NCBI RefSeq assembly: GCF_036588685.1
Contig: NC_086377.1
Location: forward strand, 58,838,001 to 58,902,000
DNA: 64,000 nucleotides
Reading direction: 5' to 3'
From: Mytilus trossulus
Taxonomy: Eukaryota
The notes beneath the pieces are model-generated. The model made no database searches, had not been told where the DNA came from, and saw only the letters and a list, made by a program, of their open reading frames with translations. This document shows, one piece after another, positions 1-13,841 of the stretch (the first letter of the stretch is position 1; the number at the start of each line of letters is the position of its first letter). The position numbers and the translations under genes are program-made.

Positions 1-483
1 AAATAAGCGAAAATTTACACCCCGCGAAAATAACCCGCTATACGGTATTTTGTTATGTATATCATAGCTCTTTAACTTCACAGGGAATCATATTATAAAA
101 GTTGCTTATATCAACACAATTTAATAAATCAATATAATGTTATTATTGCATATACAGGAAACTGCCTTTATATATAGATTTAATTTGTATCTGATAGTAT
201 CCTTATAATACAAAATGTTGCAATTGAATAAAACATTTCTAAAGTAAAATAAACATATGCGGTACTTTGAGATCACCAGACAACATCGTTATTACATGTA
301 CCAATAGGAGTACCTGCCTGTATAAGTTTAAGGTACATAATGTATGGATCAATAGATTTCAAAAGGTTTCGTGACAGAAAGAACAGACGAGCGTTGTTGT
401 CAGATCAATTAAATTGAAGCGCAGACTCAAAATTGTTATGTTCATGAGATACCCTTTATGAAAGTTAATATGTTAAATTTTAG

Positions 484-639
484 TATCATCTGGATCTAAC
501 ACAACAGTGGTAACAGGAACTACACAGCCACCCCAGGGCGCAGGTGGTTGTCCAGCTTTTGATGCGTCAACCTGCGATATGAGTTGTGTTGCCATGGATT
601 CTAATGGATGTCTAAGCTGTCACTGTCCAGACACAACCG
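484..639 (+). CDS. Gene A exon (Thr/Gly linker + 6-Cys antistasin-like module); upstream exons lie outside the window
   Basis: tag|TATCATCT...ACAACCG|gtagat; 156 nt, phase 1-1; SSGSNTTVVTGTTQPPQGAGGCPAFDASTCDMSCVAMDSNGCLSCHCPDTT. Confidence 0.85.
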
Positions 640-1372
640 GTAGATAAATTACGAGAGTAGCATTTTAACAATCATTTGCTGGCACATACAACATAAACAT
701 TCTATCATCACAATATACTGTCCTCTTGAATCACGTTGAAAGTTCTCATCTTTCATTAACATACGTTAGACCAACATAAACAAGAATATCTTTGTTTAGG
801 GGCCAGCTAAAGCCCGCCTTTGGTGCGGGATTTTCTCACTGTGTTTATAACCCATTGTTGGCCTTTGGTCGTGTTGTTGACTCCTCAACACATCCTCAAT
901 TTTCATTCTCAATTTAATGATAAAAATTTAATAATCGTAATAAAGCATATTATGTTCAACGATTAATAACACGTCGGAATATGGAGTAAGATATATTGTT
1001 TAAAGTAGAATATATATAATCGGTCCCAAAAATGTTGAGTAGTTCTTAAAAACATACTGTTATTTGTTATTTATTCCCTACATCATTGTTTATCTATAGA
1101 AAAAGGATGAATTCTGGCTAGATATATTGTTTAGACACATTGACTGTTGAAAACCTATGTTGTCGTTTTGACGTTCAGCTGTTGTAGAATAAATTCATCA
1201 TAGATACCAGGATTACAATGTTGTTTGCTAGATAAACGTTTCATCTATCAAATGACTCACTATTGAATCTCGATTTAAAAATATAGATTGAAACGAAGAC
1301 AAAAATTCTTTACGTTATTGAGGTTATCGTTCAAACAATACCCATTATGATTCTTAATTATTTACATTCAAG

Positions 1373-1528
1373 TATCATCTGGATCTAACACAACAGTTGT
1401 AACAGGAACTACCCAGTCACCCCAGGGTGCAGGTGGTTGTCCAGCTTTTGATGCTTCAACTTGTGATATGAGTTGTGTTGCCATGGATTCAAATGGATGC
1501 CTAAGCTGTCACTGTCCAGACACAACCG
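1373..1528 (+). CDS. Gene A exon, near-identical duplicate of 484-639
   Basis: aag|TATC...ACCG|gtaggt; 156 nt, phase 1-1; 9 differences from 484-639, 8 of them synonymous. Confidence 0.85.
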
Positions 1529-1579
1529 GTAGGTACATTACAAAAGTATCTTTTTTTCTAAGCACGATGAAGTTTAACT

Positions 1580-1705
1580 GAGCCCGTATTCATAAAGCTA
1601 CGTAGTTAAGGTTTTCAATCGTAATACTAATTTATCGTTTGACATGGAGAAAAATCCATCCTTTGGAACAAATCTGAACTAAAGTAGCTTTATGCATACG
1701 AGCCC
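1580..1705. mobile_element. Small MITE
   Basis: 22-nt imperfect TIR gagcccgtattcataaagctac / gtagctttatgcatacgagccc; absent from the homologous intron after 639. Confidence 0.65.
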
Positions 1706-2084
1706 TGTCTTTTGGCGGCACATACAGCTTTGACTATCTCTTTGCACAATATACAATCCACTTTTGATTTTGATTATATTTCATTAACACATTGAGACCA
1801 ACAAGAACAAAGAAAACATTTATAAAAATAAATCGCATTTATAAAAATTGACTTTTCAATAATGAATATAACTGAGTATGTAATACTGTTGTGAGTAGAC
1901 TTCATTTATGAATATTAAGTGACAAGATCAACTTATTCAAGATGATAATTTACCAGGAAATGTTCAGTATATGATGAAAGTATTACTTTTTCAAAATAAA
2001 CCGTTAAGGTAAGCATGTGCTTATCATATTAATACATTCTCACACACTACCAAAATATTTAAATGCAATAAAATTTTGATATAG

Positions 2085-2249
2085 TGGCTTCTGTGACGAC
2101 TACTACAGCTGCATCGGGAACAACAGCTTCATCAGGAGGTGGACAAGGAGCTGGTGGATGTCCTGCCTTCGATGTTTCTACCTGTGATATGAATTGTGTG
2201 TCAATGGATGCTAATGGTTGTCTTGGTTGCAAATGTCCTGTTTCAACAG
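2085..2249 (+). CDS. Gene A exon (Thr-rich linker + 6-Cys module)
   Basis: atag|TGGCT...ACAG|gtatgt; 165 nt; ORF 2084-2278 contains CPAFDVSTCDMNCVSMDANGCLGCKC. Confidence 0.85.
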
Positions 2250-2439
2250 GTATGTTGTGTTTTGGGTACTTTTCTTAATTTTTCTGTCTGTTGTTATTTC
2301 AGTTCAGGGGACATATTTGACTTAACATTATGGTAGTCTATAGCTTCCTTTGTTGTACGGAAACATTTATATTGTTGTAGCTGTTACGTTAACCTGAAGA
2401 CATCTTCCATATATTCATATATATATATATATATATAAA

Positions 2440-2580
2440 CAATTTAGTGCAGGCGATTTGGTGTCACGATATCACAGTAGCATGGGTTCGAATCCCGGCG
2501 AGGGAAGAACCAAAAATTTGCGAAAGCAAATTTACAGATCTAACATTGTTGGGTTGATGTTTAAACGAGTTGTATATAAA
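2440..2580 (+). mobile_element. SINE-like fragment next to a (TA)n tract
   Basis: Pol III B-box-like GGTTCGAATCC at ~2485-2495; interrupts an intron segment that is duplicated at 2868-3043. Confidence 0.5.
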
Positions 2581-2788
2581 CATTTTATATATTGAGGTTT
2601 TAACTTTATTTCGATTATGCTGGAATATGAAAGTTTTTTAATCATGCAATTCTCTCAAGCCGAAAGTTTGTTTCTTTGAATTATAAAAAAGAAGATGTGG
2701 TATGATTGCCAATGAGACAACTATCCACTATCCACAAAAGACCAAAATGACACAAACATTAACAATTATAGGTCACCGTACGGCCTAG

Positions 2789-2840
2789 TTGGTTCATGGA
2801 CGACAACAGCTGCAGAATCGGATAAACAGCTTCCTCTGGA
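2789..2840 (+). pseudogene. Decayed gene A pseudo-exon
   Basis: tag|tt ggt tca tgg acg aca aca gct aligns with exon 3044 (tag|ta agt tct gcc acg aca aca gct); a repeat (2685-2785) separates it from its pyrimidine tract; Cys module missing. Confidence 0.6.
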
Positions 2841-3043
2841 CATATTGTAATTTCAAATGCGAAGTCAATAGCTTCCTTTATTGTACGGAAATCTTTCTAT
2901 TGTTGTAGGCAATATGTTAACCTGTAGACATCTCTGATAGATTCATATATTTATTGAGTTTCAAACTTTATTTTGATTATGTTTGGATAAATTGTTGTAA
3001 ATCTGGCAATTATCACAAGCCAAAAGTTTTTCCTTTGAAATAG

Positions 3044-3202
3044 TAAGTTCTGCCACGACAACAGCTACTGCATCAGGAACAACAGCTGGAGGTGGCCAAG
3101 GAGCTGGTGGATGTCCTGCCTTCGATGTCTCTACTTGTGATATGAATTGTGTTTCTATGGATTCAAATGGTTGTCTTGGTTGCAAATGTCCTGTAACAAC
3201 AG
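3044..3202 (+). CDS. Gene A exon, paralogous to 2085-2249
   Basis: atag|TAAGTTCT...ACAACAG|gtatgg; 159 nt, phase 1-1; CPAFDVSTCDMNCVSMDSNGCLGCKC. Confidence 0.85.
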
Positions 3203-4320
3203 GTATGGTGATACTATTAGGCATTTCCCTGTCATAAAAATGTAATGAGTTGAAATAAAATACAATTTAACGACAATAGGTGTTATCATACATACTTCAG
3301 GTTAATATGCCGGCTTTCGATTGGTCAATACGAGGTGATTAACCTACTCTATCCCACGCTTTATGACTTCTGTGCTTACTTAAATACGGCTGAATGTGTT
3401 TACCAGACGTGATATATAATATCTTTGAGTTTGAAATTTGATAGACTTTGCTATTGTTATATTTAGTATAATAAATCAAATAACATATTTGAGAGTGCGG
3501 TAGAGCAGATTTTTAACCCTCGAAAAGAGCTTGTTATAGTTCGTTTCTGTGTGTATTACATTATAACGTTGTGTCGTTTGTTTTCTCTTATTTTTGAGTG
3601 TAAATTCACATTGCGATAAGACGTGTAACGGTACTTGTCTATCCCAAATTCATGAATTTGGTTTTGATGTTATATATATCTTATATTTGGTATTCTCGTG
3701 GGATTTTGTTTATGTGTGTTACATTTTAGTGTTGTGTTGTTGTTCTCCTCTTATATTTAATGCGTTTTCCTCAGTTTTAGTTTGTTACCCCGATTTTGTT
3801 TTTTGTCCATGGATTTATTACGAGTTTTGAACAGCGGTATACTACTGTTGCCTTTATTTAAACTTGATTTTTCCTCGGTTGACATTTTTTCCCGGTGTAA
3901 CAATTGCTTCAACCTTCTCTCGCCTATATCTTATTTTTATATTGTCAAGACAAGTTCATTGAAGTTTGATAACTCTAATTCAGAAAGATATCCCTATTTC
4001 TTTTCTACTATTTCACCAAAAAATCATACCTTTGTAACCTTTATATCAAATTTTAAAGAGTGGCTTTTAACAGTTTTAAAATATGTTCAAAGTAAGTCTC
4101 AATTACTGAATTCTACGATTCCAAGTCAGTATATTGTATGACCTATGGGCATTTTGCTATGTTCGTTCGTTCGTCCCTCTTTCTCGCTTCAGGTTAAAGT
4201 GTTGGTCAAGGAAGGTAGTTTTTTGAAACGTAATGTATGCATGAACATATTAATTATTAAGAGTGTTAAACTCTAATTAAGATTGGTATTTACAATTGAA
4301 AATGATGTGTATTTTACCAG

Positions 4321-4500
4321 CCGCTCCTGCAACAACAGCGGCAACTGCTGGAACTACCATTGCGGCAACTTCTGGAACTACTAATACGCCCTCTGGTGGA
4401 AACGGAAACAATGGCGGTTGTCCAGCTTTTGATACAAATCAGTGCGACATCAAATGTACAAAAATGGATGTCAATGGCTGTCTCCATTGTGAATGTCCAG
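4321..4500 (+). CDS. Gene A exon (Thr/Ala-rich linker + 6-Cys module)
   Basis: ttaccag|CCGCT...CCAG|gttggt; 180 nt; CPAFDTNQCDIKCTKMDVNGCLHCEC. Confidence 0.85.
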
Positions 4501-6273
4501 GTTGGTTTAAAATTATTTTTTGAATGTGAAGATATTTCTTTTAAAGTATATATTGCATTTGTAAAACTGTGGCTATGCTATATATTGATCAACATCATTT
4601 TTTTAACAAGGACATAAACTCAATACTGAGCTGAAGGACGCCTCCGGGTGCGGTAATTTCTCGCTACATTGGAGACCTGTTGGTGACCTTCTGCTGTTGT
4701 TTTTTTATTTGGTCGGGTTGTTGTTGACACATTCCCCATTTACATTCTCGATTTTATTATCATCATAGATACCAGGATTAAAATTCTATATTTACGTCAG
4801 ACGCGCGCGTAAAGATAGCTTTATTGTGTTAAATAATTTGAAGTTTTCTTTTTACATAGACTGATACTATTTCAATAAAACATATATTTTCTCTGTAATT
4901 TCTAACATGTTAAAGTAAACATCAAATTCCTTATTCGCAGGGTGTTTTTACGTCACTAACGTAAATATGAAGTCTTATTTACTAGCTAAAAGAAGGGAAT
5001 TATTGGTTTTATCCTTCTATGGATATGTTTATATTTTGAATCCTTTGAAAACAACTGACTTGTCAGATAAGATGCATATAACTGAACCTTCTATTTCCAT
5101 CAATATTTTATATATATATGGGAACACATTGATTCGAATTTTGTTGGAATCATTCGTTTGATATAATTTTTAGCTTGGAATAAATTTTTATTAAGTATTA
5201 GTATTAGGATTATCTCCGGTATTGTAGGTCGCCGAGGAGAGCTTCAGACGTGACAAAATTTAATTTTCTATCATTGCATTTTGAATGTTAGTACCAGAAT
5301 GTATCATCGGTTCAGAAGTTAGTGCTTAGCTCACTTAAAATTGTTGTTGGCAAATTATAAAGAAACTGAGGATTTAACTTACTCATCGTTGACTTAGATG
5401 TAATTGTATGGTTGTACCTGACAGAAGTTTTTACTATTGGAAGATTTTCAATTTAAACTTATATTCATTTGGCAGAGTTGAATTGACAGGTTGTTGTTAA
5501 GTTTCCTCTGGTCATATGGCTTCTCAAATATTCATGCGGTATGGGCTTTGCTCATTGTTGAAGGCCATACGGTGACCTATAGTTGTTAATGTCTGTGTCA
5601 TTTCAGTCTTTTGTGGATAGTTGTCTCATTGGCAATCATACCACGTCTTCTTTTTTATATTTCACGTATTCAGGTATTTATACATTTTTTTTTATTCCCA
5701 CCTCCAAGTTTGAGCTTTCCTGTTAAATGTTTATACTGATTTGATATACAAAGGTTAAACTATGGATACTAAAAAAAAAAAAACCCAAACCCAAACAGTT
5801 ACGTTATACTTTGTCAAACATTTCATCATCTGTAAATTATAGGATGCAATTAAAACAGTCTGCTTGTATTCTTGGATTTTCAATTTTACAGAAGCTATAA
5901 ACATTCTTTGTACTGTGAAATGTGATAACTACTTTCCAAACAAGGACAAATGTTAAAGGTGACATGATTATAGATAGTAGAGGGTTTGGATGAGGTTTAC
6001 CGCATAGAGAAAAATAGGCAAAGAAAAGTACAGAAAAAGGGCAAACAATATAAAGAATAGAGAAAAATTGGTAGAAAACAATATAGAATAATGGGGTGTT
6101 AAACTATAAAGAATGGAAAATAATGCTGAAAATCAATAAAGGACCCCATTCAGACCCAAATAGCACATAATGATCAACTGTTTTTGTCCTGCTGGCCGAT
6201 GAATCTTATATACAAACCATAAATTGTGAATCCTCTTGATTTATAATTGCCACTGTATATTTCATTTTTTTAG

Positions 6274-6435
6274 TTTCCAACAATAGCACAGTTAATACTT
6301 TTGGTCCTGGCACACTTGGAGGTGGTACAGGGGGAACATCTAGTAACAATGGTGGATGTTCTGCAATAAGTCCCGGATGTGATATAAGCTGTCTGCAAAT
6401 AAACAGTAATGGATGTGTCATATGTTCTTGTAAAT
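6274..6435 (+). CDS. Gene A exon (Gly-rich linker + 6-Cys module)
   Basis: ttttag|TTTCC...AAAT|gtacgt; 162 nt; CSAISPGCDISCLQINSNGCVICSC. Confidence 0.8.
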
Positions 6436-7115
6436 GTACGTATAACGAGTTAAGGACATGTTATGGAAGCTTCTATATTTACTTTAGTTTACAAGTAAAG
6501 GAAATGGTAGAACAGGAAGTATATTTATACCTTTTGCATTCGTAGATAAAATATATGTGCTAGTACATAACTCACATAAGCATCCACAGTAAACTAAATC
6601 ACTATTACATGTAGAAGTATAACTACACACTATCTCTATTTTTAATGTTTTTTTTAGGTAAAGTTAAAAGCAATTTCTGAAAATGTAATGCTCTTAATAT
6701 ACATTTGCCCTCTTGTTGTGTTGCTTTTTTCAAATATGATGAATCATGACCAACTTTCGGTTTTCTCAAATGAGGTAGGGGTGTTTTTGACTTGGGCTGG
6801 TCTCGCAATCATTGGAGGTTAAGAATGGAAATTCAAGTGTTGTTACTTATTTTAGGTTTATGCAATTTGTAATTGTATTATGAATGTAATCGTCATTGAT
6901 AATAAGATAACACAAGTATATTATAAATACGTTTTTTTTGGTGTTATTAAACTTTGCTGTGGCAAAATTTTAGAAATTATTATAAATTAAGGAATGTATC
7001 TCCCTCATGCAAAGCTCTGATTCTTTTCACGGATTTGGCTTTACTTTTTAGACCTTTTGGATTATAGCTCTTCATCTTTTATATAAGCTTTGGATTTCAA
7101 ATATTTTAGCCACAC

Positions 7116-7159
7116 GCATCACTGAAGAGACACGTATTGTCGAAATGCGCATCTGGTGC
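7116..7159 (+). ncRNA. Type I hammerhead ribozyme in a retrozyme-like repeat (~6945-7180), sense strand in the last intron of gene A
   Basis: gcatca-CTGAAGA-gaca(cgtat)tgtc-GAAA-tgcgca-TC^tggtgc: complete core, stems I and II pair, palindromic stem III. Confidence 0.85.
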
Positions 7160-7479
7160 AGGAAAATTGGTACCGTTAATGTTATTAAAGGACATTTCAT
7201 CTACATATGACTCATCAGCAAAGCTTGAATAAATTAAAGACGTTTTCCCTTTCTGTTATATAGAAAAAAAGAAAAATAACAGAAGTCGACGACGGTAGAC
7301 AAAATCTTTACATAAAAAAAACCAAAATAAATCATCTCTACAAGGCAACGGAATCGAACTTTAATGTTTGTCAAAATGAGCTTTCGGCTTGTGGATTCAG
7401 AATTTTATCTTGAAGACAATTTTTTGACTCGCTGAATTATTGCTTTGTTCCTACAGATTGTAAATCATTTTAATTTCAG

Positions 7480-7697
7480 CAACAACAATAAAACCGTTGG
7501 TTCGTACAACAGAAGCACATGTCACACTTCCAACAACAACTACAGCCCCTGTGACAACGACAGCCATTTTGACAACAAAAGTACCAATGGCAACAACATA
7601 TTCAAATGTTTGTCCACCAATCAGATGTGTCGCTCCATGCAATGTTGGAATAACATTCGGACCAGATAATTGTCCTATTTGTAAATGCAAAAATTAA
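7480..7697 (+). CDS. Gene A terminal exon (Thr/Pro mucin-like stalk + antistasin-like module, stop)
   Basis: tttcag|CAACA...; in frame with ORF 7497-7697; CPPIRCVAPCNVGITFGPDNCPICKCKN*. Confidence 0.85.
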
Positions 7698-10600
7698 ACG
7701 ATTTACAACTGAATAATTGAAATTATTTAGATCCACATGATTATGATTACGATAGTTTTTAATTCAGTAATACCTAATTTTTATATTTTCAAGTTTATTC
7801 TGAAGATGCAAATTAAATGAAATAGTTGTAACTTTTTAGGTGTTTAGGGTTAAATGTTAAATTTGAACTATTTATTTTGATAGATGCACCGCTGAGAAAA
7901 AACAAATATTTTCGAAGTACTCTTATCATGGCTAATTGAAAGGACGGGTGAAGTCTACACACGTGACAAAATCAAATGCTTAAAGTCATATGAAACGAGT
8001 TTCTATGCACATCTTCATACCAGTGTACATCATTTTCGTTGGCAGTATTTTGCCCAAGATCACTGTTATCTTTCTAATATTGTTTTACATATACGGTGAC
8101 CTATAGTTGTAAATGTTTGTGTCATTTTGGTCTTTTGTGGATAGTTGTCTCATTGGCAATCATACCATATCTTATTTTTTATATTACATATAACTCCATT
8201 GCTTGATTAATTTAAAATTTAAAGAATGTCATAGATCAAATTAATTCGTTCACCGTATGTTCACTTGTTTTTGTTAATATCTTTTTTGATTAAGTTAAGC
8301 CATTTCAAGCGATATTTAATAGTGTGTCTTTCTTTATTGTAATGTTGCACTATTGTTTCAGTGAAAGTTGGCGCCTATTAAAACATTTTTAACGCTGCAT
8401 TTGTTTGCCCCTGTCCTAAGTCAGGAACCTGATGTTCAGTAGTTTATTAATGTGGTTCACAAGGGTTTCTTGTTTTTATATATATATATATAGATAAGAC
8501 CGTTTAAATTCCTGTTTGAATGTTTTGAAAATAGTCATTTGTTCAGCCCTTTATAGCTTTTTGTTTGATGTGAGCCAAGGCTCTGTGTTGAAGGTCTATA
8601 ATGGTTTACTTTAAAAAAAAATGTAAACATAGATGGAGAGTTGTTTCATAGGCACGCATACCACATCTTTTGATGTCTTGTGATCATAACTAAAGGTTAT
8701 CTGATCGTGATAATGATAAACAATCAACACATTTTACAGAAAGTAGGTAAAAGAAAGATGAATGGATCGAGCCACGATATTTATTTTCTATTTTACATGT
8801 ATTTTCATTTGTAAATCCAACTTTTCCTTAACATTGATTTGATGTATTTAAATTTTGTCTATTCCACTGCATTCTTTCATTACAGTTTTGCCGTCACACT
8901 AGCGTTGTGTGTGATACTGAAGATCTACCGAATGGACATAGTTTAGGTCCCTACATAAGAAAAAAATACCATTGATTATAGTACGGGAAGACACAAATAA
9001 ATTAGCAATACATTATAGGAAGAGCAAATTGATACGTTTAGAGTATCTGAATTTCTACAGATTGATATTTTACGATATCTTTAAGACCCCTCCCCCCAGA
9101 TTATCTGTTTATCGTTCAATTACGTCGGTTTCCTCAACCTAAGGCATTTTAACGATTGACGAAAGCAAGCTTTATACTGTCGCCTAATACATTGTGACGT
9201 CGCTTATAACTTTTCCTCAGGCATTGTAACGCCGCTCTCGTCTCATTGCCGTGATACGATAATTACAATGCAGCGATTTTCTGACATATTAAGGAGTTGG
9301 TATAGAGTAAAAAAATTTTTTTTTCTAAATAATGTTTACAACAAAGACAATTAATTATAGTAAATAACAACTAATTAAATAACAATTAAGCTAATAACAA
9401 ATATATTAAACAATTAATTATAGTAAATAACAACAAGGAATAAGTTCAATCCTTAACTATCAATATTTCTCATATATCTAGGCTAAGAAATTAAGTCGAC
9501 ACTGTTATGAAAAGGAGGGAAACAGAAGGGACATACTAATTAAAATGAAGAATTAGATAATTGTCTACTGTGTTATTAAGCTGAATCACCTTCTTTAGCT
9601 GCATACATTTTATAACTAGTTCTATATGTAGGGAAAGCGGTAGTATTTAATTTTCCCAGCATTAGGTTGGCCTTTTGTGTACCCAAGACAGATGAAGGAA
9701 GTCAAACTAGGAGCGCTGTGATTGGATGTAAGGGTACCAAATATTTTTTTATTTATCTATAGATAACTGCAGTGTGTAAATTTATAATTTAAATTTTAAA
9801 ACCTATTGAAATATTTTCTAGAGAATTATTCAAAAAGGCTTCCAAAATTTCATAAATTTGGTGCAAAATGACGGTGGGCATGGATAACATAAACCAGCTC
9901 CGTTGGAAATTGGTCATGATACTATTTGGCTGCAATTTTTAGAATACAGCAAAAAAGTTCTAACACCACACATAACTGTTTTATCCAGGTTTTTATTATA
10001 AAAACTGGTAAATTTAGAAAATGTTAGTATTGTCGCCTATGGCAGAATAAATAGTACCGTTTTCCCTGTATGGTAAATGGATAAAACATAAAGCATGAGC
10101 GACACGACGGGTGCTAGATGCGGAACAGTAGCGGGTGACTTTTATGTAGCACATGACTTAATCCCCGGCTTTTTGTGGGACTCAATCTCTTGTTTTCTAT
10201 ATACAGATGATTGGACTTCCTATTTTTTTCGTATTTTGATTTTTTTTACCATTGTTTTTTTTTATCGTCGACTTAAGAGTTTTGTATATCCTCTTGGTAT
10301 TCCGACTTTTTGCGGGAGTGTTAAATAATTTTCAATAGCATTTGAGCAAACAAAAAAGATTAGAAATATTGATACTGAGAGATTAAAATATATTTTGAAA
10401 TTACTATTGCATTTGATTATACTATTTAAAAAAAAACCCTATACAGATAAATAGATGATTGCTAATGAGACAACTATCCACCATAGTTCAAATGTAGTAG
10501 ATGTTAGCAACCGTACGTCCTCTAACCGTGAGAAATCCGATTTCGTATTATTGGTTAAAAAAGGCCCCAACAGGAAATATATGAAGTTATTCAATTGAGA

Positions 10601-11532
10601 AAAAAACTGCCTAATTCATAACAAAACTTTCACCGTAAAATCCAAACAAAACATAATGAATAGATAGAACTGCCTCCTAAAACACACAAAAAAGATAATT
10701 GGATGAAATTGAGGGAGAAGATACCATAATTAGTCGGTCAAAACTTGAGAATACACAGCAGATGAAAGTTGTGTATAAAATACAAACAATACACCGAAAA
10801 GTTGTGTAATCACATGGGAATGACGATGATTTATATTAATAATAAATCATATAAATAATTACAAATAGTATCTGTTAAGAATACTTAAATAATCAGAAAA
10901 TTTCATATTCGATAATTTTTACACGTAAAAAAAGTAGATTTTTATATACATTGCAGTCAGAGAACTGGCCTTTATCGAGTACATCACCTTTATATATTTT
11001 TTTGTAATCATAATTAATAAGACACTGTGATGAAAATATACACAAAAGTCTCATGTTTGTATATGTTTGAGTTCGATAAGCGCAGTGAAATTAGTGTACA
11101 ATTACCACTTTATCGATCGTGAAATCCTAATCTGCATCCTAAAACACATCAATTGTGTACATGTTTTGAATGTTATCATGTGTAATTCTTCACCATTGTT
11201 TTAAAATGTCTCGAAGAATTTTGATCCGTTGATTGACAAACAAATAAGTAAGTATATATAATTTTGACACACTGGTTGTGTAAAATAAACAATTGACACA
11301 ACCAGTTAAATACATGTTTACTGACTTCCTTGTTCTCTTCAAAAGTAAAAGAGTTAACGACGAAACGTATTGTTCATTTATGAGAAAATTATATCAGTTT
11401 TGGTCACTAATTAAACATAAATATACACAAATTTTTGCAAGGCAACATTGTTTATGTTAAACAAAGAGTAATGTTATGCCATTTAAAAACCTACTCTTAA
11501 CAAAACTGTAAAGATGTGAACTATGTTTAGGT

Positions 11533-12050
11533 TTATGTTGACCTTATGGCTAAAACGGCTGCTTTGCACTATGAGTACAGACACATCTTTGCATCTGGAA
11601 AAGTTTTAAGGCATAGCATGCGCTATATAAATTAAAATCAAATGTATTGTATCTTTAAGAAAATTGAAAACTTAACTGAATTTGCAGTGCACTTTTTTTC
11701 GTCCCTGCAGAAGATGATAAAATAAACAAAAGTTGAGTTTCGCTTGATATGGACCACTCAGACACACACTTTAAATCGCCAATTTTTGTCAGGTATCTAT
11801 TGCCTATGTCAATTAATACAGACGACTTCAATTATTACATGTGGGGAAATTCTCAAACCTACAGGAATGAAAAAAGTGCACTGCAAAAATCCTGTCAAGA
11901 TTTTGTTTTTCTTAAACATGAAATATATTTGAAATTTGTTTATCTAGGGCATGCTATTCCTTTAAACATTTCGAGATGCACATGATTGTTTGTACTCTGA
12001 ATACTTTTTGAGGTGAAAATGCAGCCATTTTAGCCAAACGGTCCACATAA
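11533..12050. mobile_element. MITE, ~520 bp
   Basis: ~38-nt imperfect TIR ttatgttgaccttatggctaaaacggctgc... / ...gcagccattttagccaaacggtccacataa. Confidence 0.65.
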
Positions 12051-13841
12051 ATCTTAAGTGATAATAAGCTATAATCTATCTATAAATGACAGATCGACAC
12101 ATCCGGTAAGCTTTTCGGACATTGATTGATTTTTTTTTTATAAATAATACTATAATTCACAGCATTACTATCACATAATAAGCAACCATAAAATAAGCCA
12201 TTAATAACTTGAATAAAGCTGCATAAATTTTAAATCATAACCATAAGTATGTTTTTACTGTGATAGCTATACAAACGTTGAAGGAAGTTTCAAAATCAGA
12301 TGATCTTTTAAATCACTCACTGTTATTAAAAAAAATCTCCATTTTGAAAAGAGATCCATTGATAATGATCATGTAAATTTTGTGGTTTAAATTTTCTGGA
12401 TTTTTCAAATGTTTTTATCCACAGGTCAAAGAAAATATTTGGTCAAACTTTAAGAGAATTAAATGAGCCTAATGCATTTTAGTCAAAGCATTGGGTACCC
12501 CTTTACATTAATTTTCTCTTATTCATTTTAACTAATCAATTGCTTGAATGGAAAAATTGTTGTTCTTAAAATGTCCTGTATCAAAAACAGGAATATAACA
12601 GCTGTTATCTAGAGACCGTGTCTATGTTTGTCGTAGTCTGTTTTTGTTGTAATTCAGTGTTCTTGTGGTTCCGTTGTTTTCCACTCATACATGTTACAGT
12701 TTCCCACGGTGTTTGTTTGTTTCACGGATTTGTATTTGCTTAATTGAATTATGACTATTGAACAGTGGTATACTACTGTTGCCTTCATTTAATAAAGGCA
12801 ATATATGTCTAGATATAAAAAAGAAGATGTGGTATGATGCCGGAATATATACGTCATATCTGTGTTTTGATTGTATATTTACGTGAAATAAGTATATGAA
12901 TTGTGTTGAAAAATTTATGTGCAACAAAAAATTTAGCTTACGAGTCTTTTCGACTCTTCAAATAAGATGTACATCATGTTTATGATTTTATAGACATAAA
13001 ATTAGTCAACAGTAAATATTTAAGTGATATCAAATTGAATACTACGAGGACGGATTTAAAAACTTATGATTTATCCAGAACGGAAAATAACTCAAAACAT
13101 ACGTTTCACCTTCCTGTGAATAGTATCGTTTTCTATATTTTCTCAGAACTAATATATATTATATTGACTCATATATCATTTGGCAGTTTCTGGATTAAAT
13201 GCCGTAAACTTATATTTAATGATATGCCTCTTTATAACATAAAATGGAAAATACAGCAGGAAAAATTAAAACGTTCAGTTTTTGTCAAATACATTCAAGT
13301 AGACTCGGCGTACGAAAAAAAAACGTTCACATGAAAATTAATTACAAATAATACGATCTCAGGTATACATATTTTTATCTAACATATTTGCTTTAACTTT
13401 TATGTTTATGTCTGAGATATTTTTCTTTGGGACACAATCATAAGTAATAAGAAAATATCCAGGCAATTGACTTATATAATCAACGACTTAATCAAGTCTT
13501 CATGCAAACTGTGAAGTATACATTTAGATATAAGCTAGTGCAACAACTCTCTGCAAGAGTGGTCAAGAAATAACTTATTGGAGGGCACAATTTCTGCCCC
13601 TGTTTTGTAGAACGACCATATATTTTTTATTAGGAATAAACAGGAGGATATATTTGAGATGGATGGTTGTTAGATGGCCAGCTTATATATCCCAGTAGTA
13701 GTTACTAGTATATTTCACTTGCCTTTCTTTTTGGGTTAAATCGTTCTTGATAAAGTTAAAGTCCATCAATATTGAAAAAAAAGTAAGATTTCCGTTACCT
13801 GGCAGGGCAGGCAAAACGGAAAGTAGAAGAGAATCTTAAAT

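Noticed and set aside
1195-1275. Further hammerhead copies (also ~4760-4810, ~7208-7230)
   Set aside because: Recognisable retrozyme remnants, but the catalytic core is destroyed or truncated.
13785-13832. IRF/ETS-like promoter motifs (aacggaaagtagaag; similar at ~47995 and ~48853)
   Set aside because: Short purine-rich matches are expected by chance in AT-rich DNA, and the transcription start sites are unknown.
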